From contig NMRA01000288.1 in NCBI GenBank assembly GCA_002633005.1, positions 136,300 to 200,299 on the forward strand: 64,000 bases of DNA, written 5' to 3'. The position numbers were made by a program, and so were the translations under genes. A model generated the notes under the pieces. The model was not told where the DNA came from, made no database searches, and saw only the letters and a list, made by a program, of their open reading frames with translations. The DNA comes from Phoronis australis. Taxonomy: Eukaryota > Animalia > Phoronida. Shown one piece after another: positions 1 to 11,231 of the stretch (the first letter of the stretch is position 1; every line of letters starts with the position of its first letter).

Positions 1-1076
1 AACGACGACCAAGACATGGCCACCAACAAAAACATCGACCACGCCATCGATCCCGACAACAATACCAATGACCACGACATCATTAATTTTAACTACTACA
101 CCTATAGTAACAAAAGTTGGGAAAACCACCATGAATTCGCTGTCGGAAACAACAATGACGAGTACGTCGCTATCAACAATATATACCCCGACGGCGCTAC
201 CCATAACAAGAAGTGCGAATCCGACGTCAACAGAGGTTCCGACAATGTTCACGACTTCCATTCTGACGACAACAATGACCAAAACATCGCTACCAACCAC
301 AACAACTGAAACATCAAGTCCCAGAACAACAACTGCCAAACCGATATCAACCAAAACCGTGTCGACTATCAGAGATTCTTTGCCATCGACAACAATAACG
401 ACCACATTGCTACCAGCAATATCGACGACAACGCTACACACAAGAACAACTGTGAATCCAACGTCAACAGCATCCACGAAAACAACAATGAGCACCATGC
501 GGCTATCATCAACAGCGAGAACGAAGTCATTTTCTGTGACAACAACTGAGAAACCGACAACTTCAACGTTTCCAACAATGCTCTCGACTTCGCTGTTGAC
601 AACAACAACAACACCGACAACAAAGAACACAACATCGCCTCCGATAACATCATTAACTATTAAAACAACTGCGACATCAACAACAACTAAAGTTCCGTCA
701 ACGACCCCGACGTTTCAACCTAAAACAACAGCGACCAAGACATGGCCACCGACAACAACATCGACCACGCCATCGATCCCGACAACAATGCCAATGACTA
801 CGACATCATTAATCCCAACTACGACACCGATAGTAACAAAAGTTGAGAAAACTAATATGAATTCGCCGTCGGATATGACAATCACGACTACATCACTACC
901 AACAATATATACCCCGACGGCGCTAACCATAACAACAAGTGCGAATCCGACGTCAACAGAGGTTCCGACAATGTTCACGACTTCCTTTCTGACAACAACA
1001 ATGACCAAAACATCGCTACCAACCACAGCAACTGCAACATCACGTTCCATAACAACAACTGCCAAACCGGTATCTA
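1..1076 (+). repeat. Internal in-frame duplication of the mucin stalk (~350 nt blocks, 726-nt period)
   Basis: TKTWPP...MTTTSLI.TTTPIVTKV...SANPTSTEVPTMFTTS.LTTTMTKTSLPTT...TTTAKP.ST occurs at ~1-350 and ~727-1076 (equivalent ATGs at 68 and 794). Confidence 0.9.
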
Positions 1077-2404
1077 CAACGATTACGCCAATGCCCACGA
1101 CTTCGCAACTCACAACAACATTGACCGAAGCATTGCTTCCCCTTACAAAAGCTCAGATATCACCCACGCCTTCGATGTTTTCAACAACAACGACCAAGAC
1201 CACACTACCGACATCATGGACCACAGCATCGTTAATCATCAAAACTAACGCCGCACAGAAATCAACAAAACTTGCGAAACCAACCAAGACTTCGGTGCCG
1301 ACAACAACAATGAGCATGGCATCGCTAAAAACAACCTCGGCCATGACGTCTCTACCTATAATGTCCACGACTTGGTCATCAACTATAACAACGACTCCTA
1401 CATCGATACCACCAGAAACATCAACAACGTTTCCGCCAACACAAACAGCTGGGGTACTTACAACCAAAAAATCCGTTTCAAAGACAACAGCAATGCCCAT
1501 AGAACGAACAATAACAGAAGTTCCAACAGCGACCACGGTATCGATTCCAACAACATCCCCGACAAGGAATGAGATATCAGCACAACCAGCGTCAACACCA
1601 ACAGAGTCTGCAACAACCAAGGCTTCGACAACAATGGGAATTGCAGTGCACGGAACACTTCCACCGCAACCACCAACAAAACTATCATCGACATCGACCA
1701 CAAGACCACTATCAACTACAACGAAAACAATACTGTCAACTGTGCCATCGACAATATTAAAAGGTCTAACAACAACGAATCAAGCAAAAATAACATCTTC
1801 GTTGTTTGTCAAAATCCCTAGCGCACCAAAAAGTCAAACAGAAGAAACCGCGTATGATAAGGATCAAACGATATCTGCAGTTACTCAAAAACCGACAACA
1901 ACGGACACGCCAAATAATGGATCGAATAACGAAGTCAAAAACGACGTCATAAATAACGTTGCCTCCTCCACTAGTGTTGGAAGTATAGAAAAATCGAATA
2001 GCCACAGCGGATCGAATAAGCAAAGTAGCGATGCTGACGGAGAATTCCCAACAGATATTGTGGTAGGAACTGTGGTTCCAGGTGTTATAATATCACTGGT
2101 TGTTCCTTTTGCATGCTGCTGCTTGCTTGCAGCCTTAAGACGAAGGCGAAGAGAAAAGAAGAAGGAATCATCTGAGCTCGAGTGCGAAGATAATGTGGAA
2201 AGCGAGAACGACCTACATACTAAGACTATGGCGACTAAGCCTGCAGTTAAGCGCACGAATACACCAATTGTTTCGATTTCCATGTCTGGCACTGGACACT
2301 TCGACCAGGACGACTGGCTTTATTCTCGACCCAGGTCATCAAGTCCACGTACTGACGTTTTAGTGTTGACGCCCCCAGGAACACCTATGAACATTGACAT
2401 TTAA
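2..2404 (+). CDS. Paralog A, 3' part of terminal exon: long Thr/Ser/Pro mucin-like stalk + transmembrane helix + cytoplasmic tail of an IgGFc-binding-domain membrane protein (5' exons lie upstream of the window)
   Basis: Frame is open from base 2 to TAA at 2402-2404, with ~685 codons of T/S/P-rich sequence. Then IVVGTVVPGVIISLVVPFACCCLLAAL (TM), RRRRREKKKESSE and FDQDDWLYSR...PRT..VLTPPGT, all homologous to the C-termini of paralogs B and C. Confidence 0.9.
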   Translation, partial: TTTKTWPPTKTSTTPSIPTTIPMTTTSLILTTTPIVTKVGKTTMNSLSETTMTSTSLSTIYTPTALPITRSANPTSTEVPTMFTTSILTTTMTKTSLPTTTTETSSPRTTTAKPISTKTVSTIRDSLPSTTITTTLLPAISTTTLHTRTTVNPTSTASTKTTMSTMRLSSTARTKSFSVTTTEKPTTSTFPTMLSTSLLTTTTTPTTKNTTSPPITSLTIKTTATSTTTKVPSTTPTFQPKTTATKTWPPTTTSTTPSIPTTMPMTTTSLIPTTTPIVTKVEKTNMNSPSDMTITTTSLPTIYTPTALTITTSANPTSTEVPTMFTTSFLTTTMTKTSLPTTATATSRSITTTAKPVSTTITPMPTTSQLTTTLTEALLPLTKAQISPTPSMFSTTTTKTTLPTSWTTASLIIKTNAAQKSTKLAKPTKTSVPTTTMSMASLKTTSAMTSLPIMSTTWSSTITTTPTSIPPETSTTFPPTQTAGVLTTKKSVSKTTAMPIERTITEVPTATTVSIPTTSPTRNEISAQPASTPTESATTKASTTMGIAVHGTLPPQPPTKLSSTSTTRPLSTTTKTILSTVPSTILKGLTTTNQAKITSSLFVKIPSAPKSQTEETAYDKDQTISAVTQKPTTTDTPNNGSNNEVKNDVINNVASSTSVGSIEKSNSHSGSNKQSSDADGEFPTDIVVGTVVPGVIISLVVPFACCCLLAALRRRRREKKKESSELECEDNVESENDLHTKTMATKPAVKRTNTPIVSISMSGTGHFDQDDWLYSRPRSSSPRTDVLVLTPPGTPMNIDI

Positions 2405-3689
2405 TCCCGGCTCATAATCCCGTTTGACACTTGGACATTGCTAACTGGTTCACAATACGGACACCGAGACACGTATTCTGTGGCCCCGGAATCTACTGTG
2501 TCGTCCAAAGTAAAGGGATTCAACAATCGAAAAACACTAGGAAATGGTCCGTAAAACGAAGAAATCAATCCACAAAATGGCCAAAGAGAGATTCAAATTC
2601 GACCCAAAGCGTCGCTATGAGGACTGTGTGCTGGAGGTGGAACTTAACATTACATACGTTTCTGTCGTAACGGATCACCAGTGTTTCCCAGCCGTTGGTC
2701 GTCAGCTGTTTTCATGGATCCATGCGGTGATCGTGACACTGCATCTAACTCTAGGTTTCCGTCGCCACGCATTGTAAAGACGACCGGTTCTACACAGGCA
2801 ACGAACACCAATGCCGGTGGATCTTGTTTTGACTACAAAGCGTCAAATTTTGTAGAAAGAGACAGCAAATCGTTCGTAATATTAAGGAACTTTGCACAAA
2901 GGTTCACGCGACAGAGTGGCCTTAGAGTAGAGAGATATTTGTCCTGTCATTCTGCTGTGCACTGAAGTCGGGTCTGCATAATGAAGTAAAAGTAATCAGC
3001 AACAGTGTCCGCGTTGGCAAATTACTTTACGGGAACGTTTGTCACGTACTGTCCCCAACTGTTACATGCATATTAGTAGCAGGTCCGTACGAAAGCAAAA
3101 TTATTGGAGAGGTGTCAACCAATTCGACTTTGCCAAACTTTCACCTTCGCGGCCCTTCCTATCACCACCACCTCCGTTCCTCGGCATTCTCCGCGCCTCC
3201 TGTGAGAAACTATGGTCGTGTCGTCTGCAAATGTGAATGCTCATGCACAGTAATGCCCTGCAATAAATCGCACCAATTCCCAGTCATTTGTTAGTTTTTC
3301 GAACCCTGTTGTTTTTCTAGTATTTATAGTTAATACTAGATGCTATGTCAAAATACGTGTACTCTATGATGTGACGTTTTTAAACTAAGACATAGAGGGA
3401 TTGCCCAGAAATAAGCGCGTTCGAAAAGCGTCAAATAGTTGAGCAATGTTTAATGTGTCAGTGAAAGTAATTAAAGCTTTGAAAGCGCAACCACGATGGC
3501 TTTTGGATGAATTTTTTTCTAAATTAAAATAAACTTAATTTAGATTGAATAATAGTCATATGTAGTAGCAGTAGCAGTAATAGAAAATAGACCAAGAAAA
3601 CAAATAGACCAAGAAAACTAAGAAAATCATCGGAGCTAAAACGACACACTGCTGCACGACTGTTCAGGGAATATTTCATTTATATTCCC

Positions 3690-3945
3690 GGATGAATTGT
3701 TTCTAAGTTTCCGACAAATTTTTGAAAGTGTTTACTGTTTTCGCGTTAAAAAGAGACCTGATATCGTGGCAGCGTGGTATGATTCTATTTCCTAAATCTA
3801 CCAGTAGTGGACAACCTAACATGAAATGTTCTTCTGTTTCAATCTCTCCTGTACTACAAATATTACAAATTCTTTTACTTCGGGGAATACCATTTCTTCT
3901 ACCGTTTTCAATTTCGGTGTGTGAATTGAACATCTAACTTGTACT
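3690..3945 (-). mobile_element. 3' fragment of a non-LTR retrotransposon ORF2 (RTE-X/CR1-group-like C-terminal zinc knuckle)
   Basis: HTEIENGRRNGIPRSKRICNICSTGEIETEEHFMLGCP matches the L-x-IE-x-GR...R-x-C-x-x-C...E-x-E-x-HF-x-x-x-C terminus typical of these LINEs. Confidence 0.75.
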
Positions 3946-3960
3946 GAGATTGTCTAGTGA

Positions 3961-4120
3961 TGTACATGTAGTGAAAGTTGTCATTCAACAGTCACATCTC
4001 TTCATTCAAAACACGAAATCCTTTCTTGTGGTCATACCATTTTCGATCAAAGCTGAGACTTCCGCTGAATCTTCGATGAGTGATCGTCCAACCGTCTTCA
4101 TTGGCAATAAACGTAGAAAT
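3961..4120 (-). pseudogene. Fibrinogen C-terminal (FReD) domain pseudo-exon
   Basis: After acceptor tcctacAG the minus strand reads FYVYC / (frameshift) NEDGWTITHRRFSGSLSFDRKWYDHKKGFRVLNEEM*LLNDNFHYM. This matches the FReD consensus F-x-VYCDM...GGWTVIQRR-x-DGS-x-x-F-x-R-x-W-x-x-YK-x-GFG...EFWLGND; the conserved Trp is mutated to TGA. Confidence 0.8.
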
Positions 4121-6288
4121 CTGTAGGACAATCTGCATGGTGAATTAGCAGAAATCTCGTGAATTCAGGCGCTCAGATACTATAAATTATAATTGAATTG
4201 AATAAAGATCAAAATGAAAATTTTGTACTATTTGTTACTGCACGAACTTTGCAAAACGTAGAGGAAAACGAGATTAAAAACGTTTAGCATTCGATTTTTA
4301 CAGCGTTGAATGATCATGTAGAACTACAATACTGTAGGTGTGAGAACAAACTTGTCCTACACAGTGTTTCCTCCACAAACTATTCATTTCACCCTCCATC
4401 CCCTAAGCAACAACATCAAGTTAACTTCTAAGGCTTCCCTTTTGCGTTTTCGCAAGGTTTTCGCTTCTACGGAATGCACGTCTGATATGCATAACGTTCT
4501 TCCAAGCAAAATTCACCATTTCCCCAGCTAAGTCGACGTTGCTGAAAATTATGTCACTCGAAATTATTTTGGAATTTTCTATTGTACTTCTGTGTGAACT
4601 CAATATAAGTGTGTTATTAGTTTATGCTCGAGTACACAATGGTTTGCGGCAATAACTGTTTAATCCTAGTTTGCACTTTATGGCCCCAGCATTAAGGCTG
4701 AAAGTTTAAGTCTGAACTCGAAACTTCGAGTTTTGCTCGAGATTGTTGCTCAGGTGCGAACTTGGACTAGAAACTCAGATGCATGAATCAAAGTATATTC
4801 AGGAACATAATAATAGACACTTATATTCAGTTCGCACATAAGTGAAATAAAAATGCCAAAAATAATTTCTAGTTCAATTTCCAGTACCAATATTAGACCC
4901 CGGCTGTGGTTGAGAAACGTATTTACAAAGTTTTGGTAGATGGCAACCCGGCAGTCAAAACCTCGTCTTACTCACGTACATACAAGTGTGCTGAAACATT
5001 CGGTAATCTTTTTTAACATTTATTGTAACAAAATAATAATTACAATACATACATAAACATTTATCACCGTTATAGTTGTACTAAGTTCCATTTTTCGTGG
5101 TGATTTTCTAATGTACTGTACCATTGATTTTAATAATAGTAAGCTCCATAATAAAACTATAATGACATCAGTTGTGAATGGAATTTTGTTCTGCATTCTA
5201 CATTGATAAATAACATTTTTGTTATTAAAACTACAAGATTTTTACTGATGTTACATTCGGTATTTCTAAACAGAATGTCAAGGCTGTTTAAAAAATCGAT
5301 CATCATAAATTGTCCTCCACAACTCTCTTATATATCTACATTCCACAAATAAATGTAATATAGTCTCTCTATGCTCAGAGCAAAATGTGCATAAGTCATT
5401 CGCTTGAACCTCAATTAACGTTGAAAAGACATTTTTGTTATAATAAGGCCTACAGTTTTGTACTGAGAATACCTAAAAAGGAATCTAACGTTAAACATAC
5501 GGTAATCGATAAATTTTGGACCAATCAAAATCATCAACAAAAGTAAGGTTTAAACCTCTAGCCCACTTCTGCAAGGCACTGTCTACATGCCTATTTGGGG
5601 TTTCCAAATTTCTGACAAATGTCTTCCTAAAGTTTGAGCACCCCGTTTGAGCACTGACATTATGCAACAGTGGAGTCGAAATTGTCGGAAATTTTCGTTT
5701 TACATATTCAGACTGGTAAAGGGTATCTAACCAAATTTGCGCAACTGACTTCACAAGCCTGTAATGGTCCAAAAAGGTACCCTTTATACCAAATTTTGTT
5801 TTAAATAATTGTAAAATCAGAATTGTTCATCGTTTAGTAAATCTCTAACTGTTCTTAAACCTTTTTATTCCACTGTTGAATAAAGTCAAGCTTTATGTTT
5901 GCATTGAATCACAGGGGCTCATTCAATATAATATAAACTTTTAATGGAACAAAACATGTTACAAATTTCCATGTCAAGGAAACATCAATCGAAAATCTAT
6001 TATCAATAACAATGTTGCAATTGCTTACAAAATTTAAACCCTCTTCCAGCTTGTATGTGACAGGAGAGACATTCCAAGAATTATCAGTTTTCAGGAGACA
6101 CTTAATCAATGACAATTTTAGGCTTTAATCCTCCTTGTTCAATACCACGTGTAAGTTTTGTTTTACTAACTCTAGGTTTTTTTGTGCCAAATAAAATAGA
6201 ACAAGTGTTTCTCTAGTTCATTTATTCTATTGTCATCTGGATTGGGCAATGAGTGCAACATACATGCATACGTAATTTTTGGTATATA

Positions 6289-6890
6289 TTACTATGTGGC
6301 GAGGTCGTTGTCCCCCGTTATCTAGAGCCCGAGTGGATTTTGGAGAATTATCGCCCGAAGGGTGTTAGCCCCGAGGGTGATAATTCTACAAAATTTAGGA
6401 GGGCTTTAGATACGGGGGATAACGACTGAAAACATGTAATAATCTATTTATACCGCATACTGAACGAGAAACATTGCAATGAATCGATCTACCTTTTTCG
6501 ACTCGCTTCGGCTTTGTAACTACTTTCTATGTCAGAGGCCCGGGGTCGGAGGTCGTGACCTTTTAAGAAAAGCCGAAATATTTTTGTATAATAATGCTTT
6601 TACTCAAAATCAAGTGAAAAATAAAACAAAATGGAAATAAAGTGAATCTATAAATTAAGGTTTAGCAACTATTATAGCTTACTACACATTTTATCACGCT
6701 AAGCTTCGGCCGGGAATATATCGTCTGCTAAAGTAGGTTACCACTAGTAACTGACTATAATGCTCAAGTCAAAGTATCCCGACCACACGACACCTGCATT
6801 CAAATTGGAGATCGGTGATTTACAAGTGAGAGAACACGAGAGAAAAATTTCGCTGAATTAAAATATCGTTTTCATGGAAATTATGCGTCT
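6289..6890. mobile_element. Palindrome-headed interspersed repeat (non-autonomous element), copy 1
   Basis: ~600 nt highly similar to 52233-52826. It begins with a ~130-nt imperfect inverted repeat (gtcgttgtcccccgttatctagagccc...gggctttagatacgggggataacgac). Confidence 0.8.
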
Positions 6891-6995
6891 TATTTTTCAT
6901 AGCGTAAAAATATCGGTACAATGCCCTTTACTGAACATGCGATTGTTGCGCGTGCTCATTTAAGTACTCTATTTTCACGTTCGATGACGTCAGCC

Positions 6996-7064
6996 GCTGA
7001 GTGGTGTAGTGGTAAAGTCGGCGACTCGCAACTCTTGAGGCTCAGGTTCGAATCCGGCCTCGGT
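6996..7064 (+). other. tRNA-derived sequence (SINE head or tRNA pseudogene)
   Basis: A-box TGGTGTAGTGG and B-box GGTTCGAATCC at tRNA-like spacing. The acceptor-like stem GCTGAG/CTCGGT pairs, but the anticodon and T stems do not pair properly. Confidence 0.6.
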
Positions 7065-10000
7065 TTCCCGCCAAAATGTTATCTCACTAGTGAGAAAAAT
7101 AAAAGGGTTATTACACTGTTGTATCTGCCATTCGAGGATAATATTGTGGTATAAATATGGGTTATTTACTGTATTTTTCCCTAAAGGTGTCAAGCCCCAA
7201 CAACTCCAATTTTTGAGCAAATTTATAATTTCTGAAGTTCTTGGTTGAAGATTAAGTGGTGAGATACCATGCATGAAATCATTATTCAACTGAATTCTTA
7301 AGAGTGCAGTACACTTCAGACCAGGCAAAAATCCATGCAGGGGTGATAAACCCTATGTGACGGATTTGGATCATATTATGCATTTTTGTTTACTTTCTTA
7401 TGGTTATTACTAAAATGCACTTTAAACAAATTCTATTGCGTTAGGTAGCTTAAAAGTCGGGTACCTCAGTTTTCACTGAAAACCACTGTCAGAACTTACC
7501 CCAATAATCACAGTTTTTGTGACATTGTAAGTAATTACAGAAGCTACTAGAAAATGAAATAGCTACTGTTTTGTATAAAGTCATCCATTGTCTTCCTAAA
7601 AATGAAAAATAAAAGTGTCAAGTTGCACCTTAAATTCCACATTTTGGGGTTTGAAGGGTCATGGGGTCATACAAGCAGAAAACATGGATAACTTGCCCAG
7701 GTTTGAATGAGTCAATCTCAGCTGAAGCCAAATTTTACACTTTGAAACTTAATCGTGGGTTTGATCTATCTTAGTAGAATAGATATTTGGCATCAAAACN
7801 CAAAGATTTTTCGGAACCATTCAAAAATAATGTTGTGTCATCCGCATACTTCCTGCCCTATTTTAATACCTTCCACATTTTCGTTTTTTCTGATGTCTTG
7901 AGCTAAAATTTCAACACACAAAATAAAAATATAAGGTGATAAAGGGTCGCCCTTGCGATAACTTCTGCGTAATTTAAAAAAATGACAAAAAACATAATGA
8001 ATAATGCATGAATTTGAAACTTTTTGAAATAGCGAAATTCACCTTTTAATTGCTGGTCCAAAATTAAAAGCGTTTTATACTCTTCTAACAAAATTCCAAA
8101 AGAGTGTATCAAAGGCTTTTTCAAAATCGGTTTAGACAATCATGCCAGGTAAGTTTTATTTTTGTGTTTCATACATTATATCATTTATTAATCTAGTTTT
8201 TTCAACAAGAATGCGACCTGGCATAAAATCAATTAAAATCAATTAAGGTGTGTAACACGTTTTTAATTATCTCTGTTAAACAGCATATACACTATTTGGA
8301 ATGCACGTAGTAACACCCTGTAACTGTGTAACCAACAGATCATTTTTGTTTCAAATGCATCATTTATACTACGTAAAAGAAAATGTCCTATGTCTCCAAA
8401 AAAATTAATGAATTCTACAGAAAGTCCGTCCAAGCCTGGGCTTTTATTATTTTTAGTTTTCTTCTGAAATGTTACTTAGCTTAGTAATTCTCGTTCCATC
8501 GTTTTTTATATTTAATGTTTTTAACCTTATAATTTCTGTTTTCTAAATCAAAAAAGTATTTCGAAGATTTTGCTCCAAATTCAACCCATCTAGCTCTTGA
8601 TCTAACTATGACAGATTCGATTTTTTATTATTTAATTCTTTTAACTGACTTTTTAATTTTTCTAACGTAGGAAGATACTGTTCAGCATTATTTGGTTCCT
8701 TTTTCAATTTCCGTCAACTTTCGCAATGGTAGCCAGAAGAGTGTTCCCTCTCTGAATATTCTGGTGTTTAATTGCAGACTAAAATTGTATTATTCGACCT
8801 TTAAATTGAAGTAAAATTGTTTCCCAAATAATTGATCGTCTACGATAAATTGAAGATGTTCATTTGGGCGACGAGAAATAAACTCTCTTGAGTACGCAAT
8901 GACAGCATATATAAATTTAATATTTTCAATTTATTATTTTGACAAAATCTGGATTACGCAATAATGAATTATTAAAATTCCAATAACCCTTCCCTAATGC
9001 AAAATTTAACTAACACCGCAGCGTGATCTGATCTATAGGCTTGCAAAATAGAAGAATTTGAAAAACTGCAGAAAAGGTCTTCTGTAGCAAGAAAAAATCC
9101 AATCTACCCATTTTTACAGAGTGTTTTTAAACCAGATTGAAACTATTTCCATCTTGGAGAAATGCTCTACAAATGTCAACCAATTTTTTTCTTTGATAAC
9201 CTCTAAAACATATTTGCGTGCATTTGGATTGTTAACATTTCGTTCGTTAAAAGCGTCTTTTGAGCTATCGATTATCATATTCCAGTTCCCACACATTAGA
9301 AAAGAATCGTTTTCAAAATTTTCTATCAGTTTCATTATGTTTTTGAAAAAACCTGAGTTTGTCTTGGTTTGGACCGTATATGTTAACGCGCCCCAGATTA
9401 GTTATACACGCTGAATATTTTAATCGAACTGTCCATACCCCTGTACAAAACAGCTCCCCCCGTCTTCTGCACGTTATTGGCGAATGGTGGAAAAGTAAAA
9501 TTGAAACGCGTTTCGACTAGGGGAAGAGCCTTTTTTGCGATGAAGGGGGACCGTGGGCATGTTGTGCCCCCCGTTATATGCCAAAAGGTGATTTTTACAT
9601 ACAAGTTCTCAACAAATGAGTACCTCTTAAATGTGTAGAAACTCTAAAAAGGTGGTATTCTGATTTCCAACACTCGGTATCTTAAAAGCCAAGAGAGAGC
9701 ACTCCGCGTCAAAAGTTCATAAAATTGAGTCTGAAGGTTTAAGGCCTAAAGATCCATATTGGGTTTGCTCAGTTCACTCTACCTCCAACCAACGACATGG
9801 AGTCTAACACTTTTCTGTAGCCATTTTTCTAGTGTTTTGAACGATAATCAAAACTACATGTATACATCCTTGGGAACATAAAAAACAGGAAATTTTCAAA
9901 AAAGTGATATAAAATAAATGTTTTGAATTGTTTTAGAACATAAATTGTCGAGATTTGTTTTATACATGCTAATTACACACAAAACGAATGTTTGTATTCA

Positions 10001-10235
10001 CTTTTGTTTTTAGAAACTTTAGTCCTCGGCATTTTAAGAACAGGGGTGGTGGAAATTCTAACATTAAAGGCTGATTAAATGCTCATTGAAAGGAAAAATC
10101 CTTGCAGGCGATTGTTCCTCTGGGCTTTGGTGACTGATTAACACAAAAATGGTTCCGTTATTTCTAAATAATATTCCAGGCGGCATACAAGTAGGTCTTA
10201 CTTAGTATTTGCCTTGACCATTCCGTTTCCAGGAG

Positions 10236-10493
10236 CCAGGGTCTAATCTTTTACTCCAGATCAATGTCAAAATTGTTTTTGGCATTTTCCATTTCGCTTT
10301 TCTGCGTGTCCACGACTCTAAGTTTTAGCCCTAATGCTGGGGTCATTAAGTGCAGACTAGGATTAGGCAGTTATTCACCCCAGTTGTTATTTACCCGAGT
10401 ACAGAGAGAATAAAAGATACTTATCTTCAGCTCACACAAAAGTAGAATAGAAATTAACAAAATATTATTGAGTAAATAGATTAGACCCCGGGC
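10236..10493. mobile_element. Old MITE-like element carried upstream of each paralog
   Basis: Inverted termini gggtctaatct...agattagaccc. Homologous copies lie at ~29718-29969 and ~53001-53255; related sequence at ~4590-4903 and 43169-43478. Confidence 0.65.
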
Positions 10494-11231
10494 CCAGGTG
10501 TTCCTTGTCTTCAAGCCGGTAAATGTGCACCTTGGGGTGACAGTCGGGTATTTAACACCGCCGGAATTCGCAAGGATACAGTGCACTTGAATTCATCAAA
10601 TTTTCAAACTTTGTCATGAATTGAAACGAATCGATTAATATAACAATACACAAGAAAACATTAAAACCTTTAAGTTTTCAAACAGTAGCGGGAAAAATGT
10701 TACCGAATATTTAACGGATTCACTAATCTGTGATACTGTTGACCTTTAGTGCCGCACAGTAGTGTAGCGAGAGGGCAATTGTAATATCTTTCAGCTTTAA
10801 TCTGTATTGAATTATTGCTCGTTAATTTGGCTTGAACTCTTCATGACATTCCTCGTTTTCTGTTGAGTATTATTTCGTGTACTGGCTTAAATATTGTTAT
10901 TCAAGAGGTATATTCTGCTGATCTTTTGCAAAGACAGACTCAAAATAAATCCCACGATAATAATTTGTTGTGGTGCTTCAAGTAAAGGTGGTGTCTATAA
11001 CTAGCGTGTGTACACGTTGTTTATCAGAAAGTGCCGAAACAGCACTGACATTAGTCCTCTTTGCTTGGACAAAAAACGAGAGCGATTCACACACAAACGA
11101 AACAATCGTTTAAAAAATCTTTTTTGTTTCTTAGGAGACATTGGATATCGCATTTTCTGGAGCATGGTGACCATTGCAATTTTTATTGTTTTGCATTGCG
11201 TCTGATGAAGCGCAAAACATTTTAAGATAAA

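Larger units (their letters stand above)
5030..9380 (-). mobile_element. Decayed L1/Tx1-clade LINE ORF2 (AP endonuclease, RT N-terminus, C-terminal Cys motif), internally deleted and interrupted at ~6290-8200
   Basis: Minus-strand motifs in the expected order: LMCGNWN (~9290), GRLDFFL (~9100), SDHA (~9025), IVRSRARWVEFGAKSSKYFF (~8550-8612), KSPGLDGLSVEF (~8410-8445), LFYFIWHKK (~6190), DWSKIY (~5520), NDLCTFCSEHRETILHLFVEC (~5340-5400). Confidence 0.85.

Noticed and set aside
16-2292. Overlapping Asn/Asp-rich, Gln-rich and Val-rich ORFs in other frames and strands
   Set aside because: Shadow frames of the ACN-rich mucin exon; the same applies to 41795-42539.
2431-3300. Short ORFs downstream of paralog A
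   Set aside because: No recognisable motifs in any frame and no homologous copy after B or C.
6996-7064. Functional tRNA gene
   Set aside because: Anticodon and T stems do not pair; treated as a tRNA-derived repeat.
11188-11220. CTGATGA inside a small hairpin upstream of the ATG (hammerhead-like)
   Set aside because: No stem II or GAAA core, and CTGATGA is not kept in paralog C.
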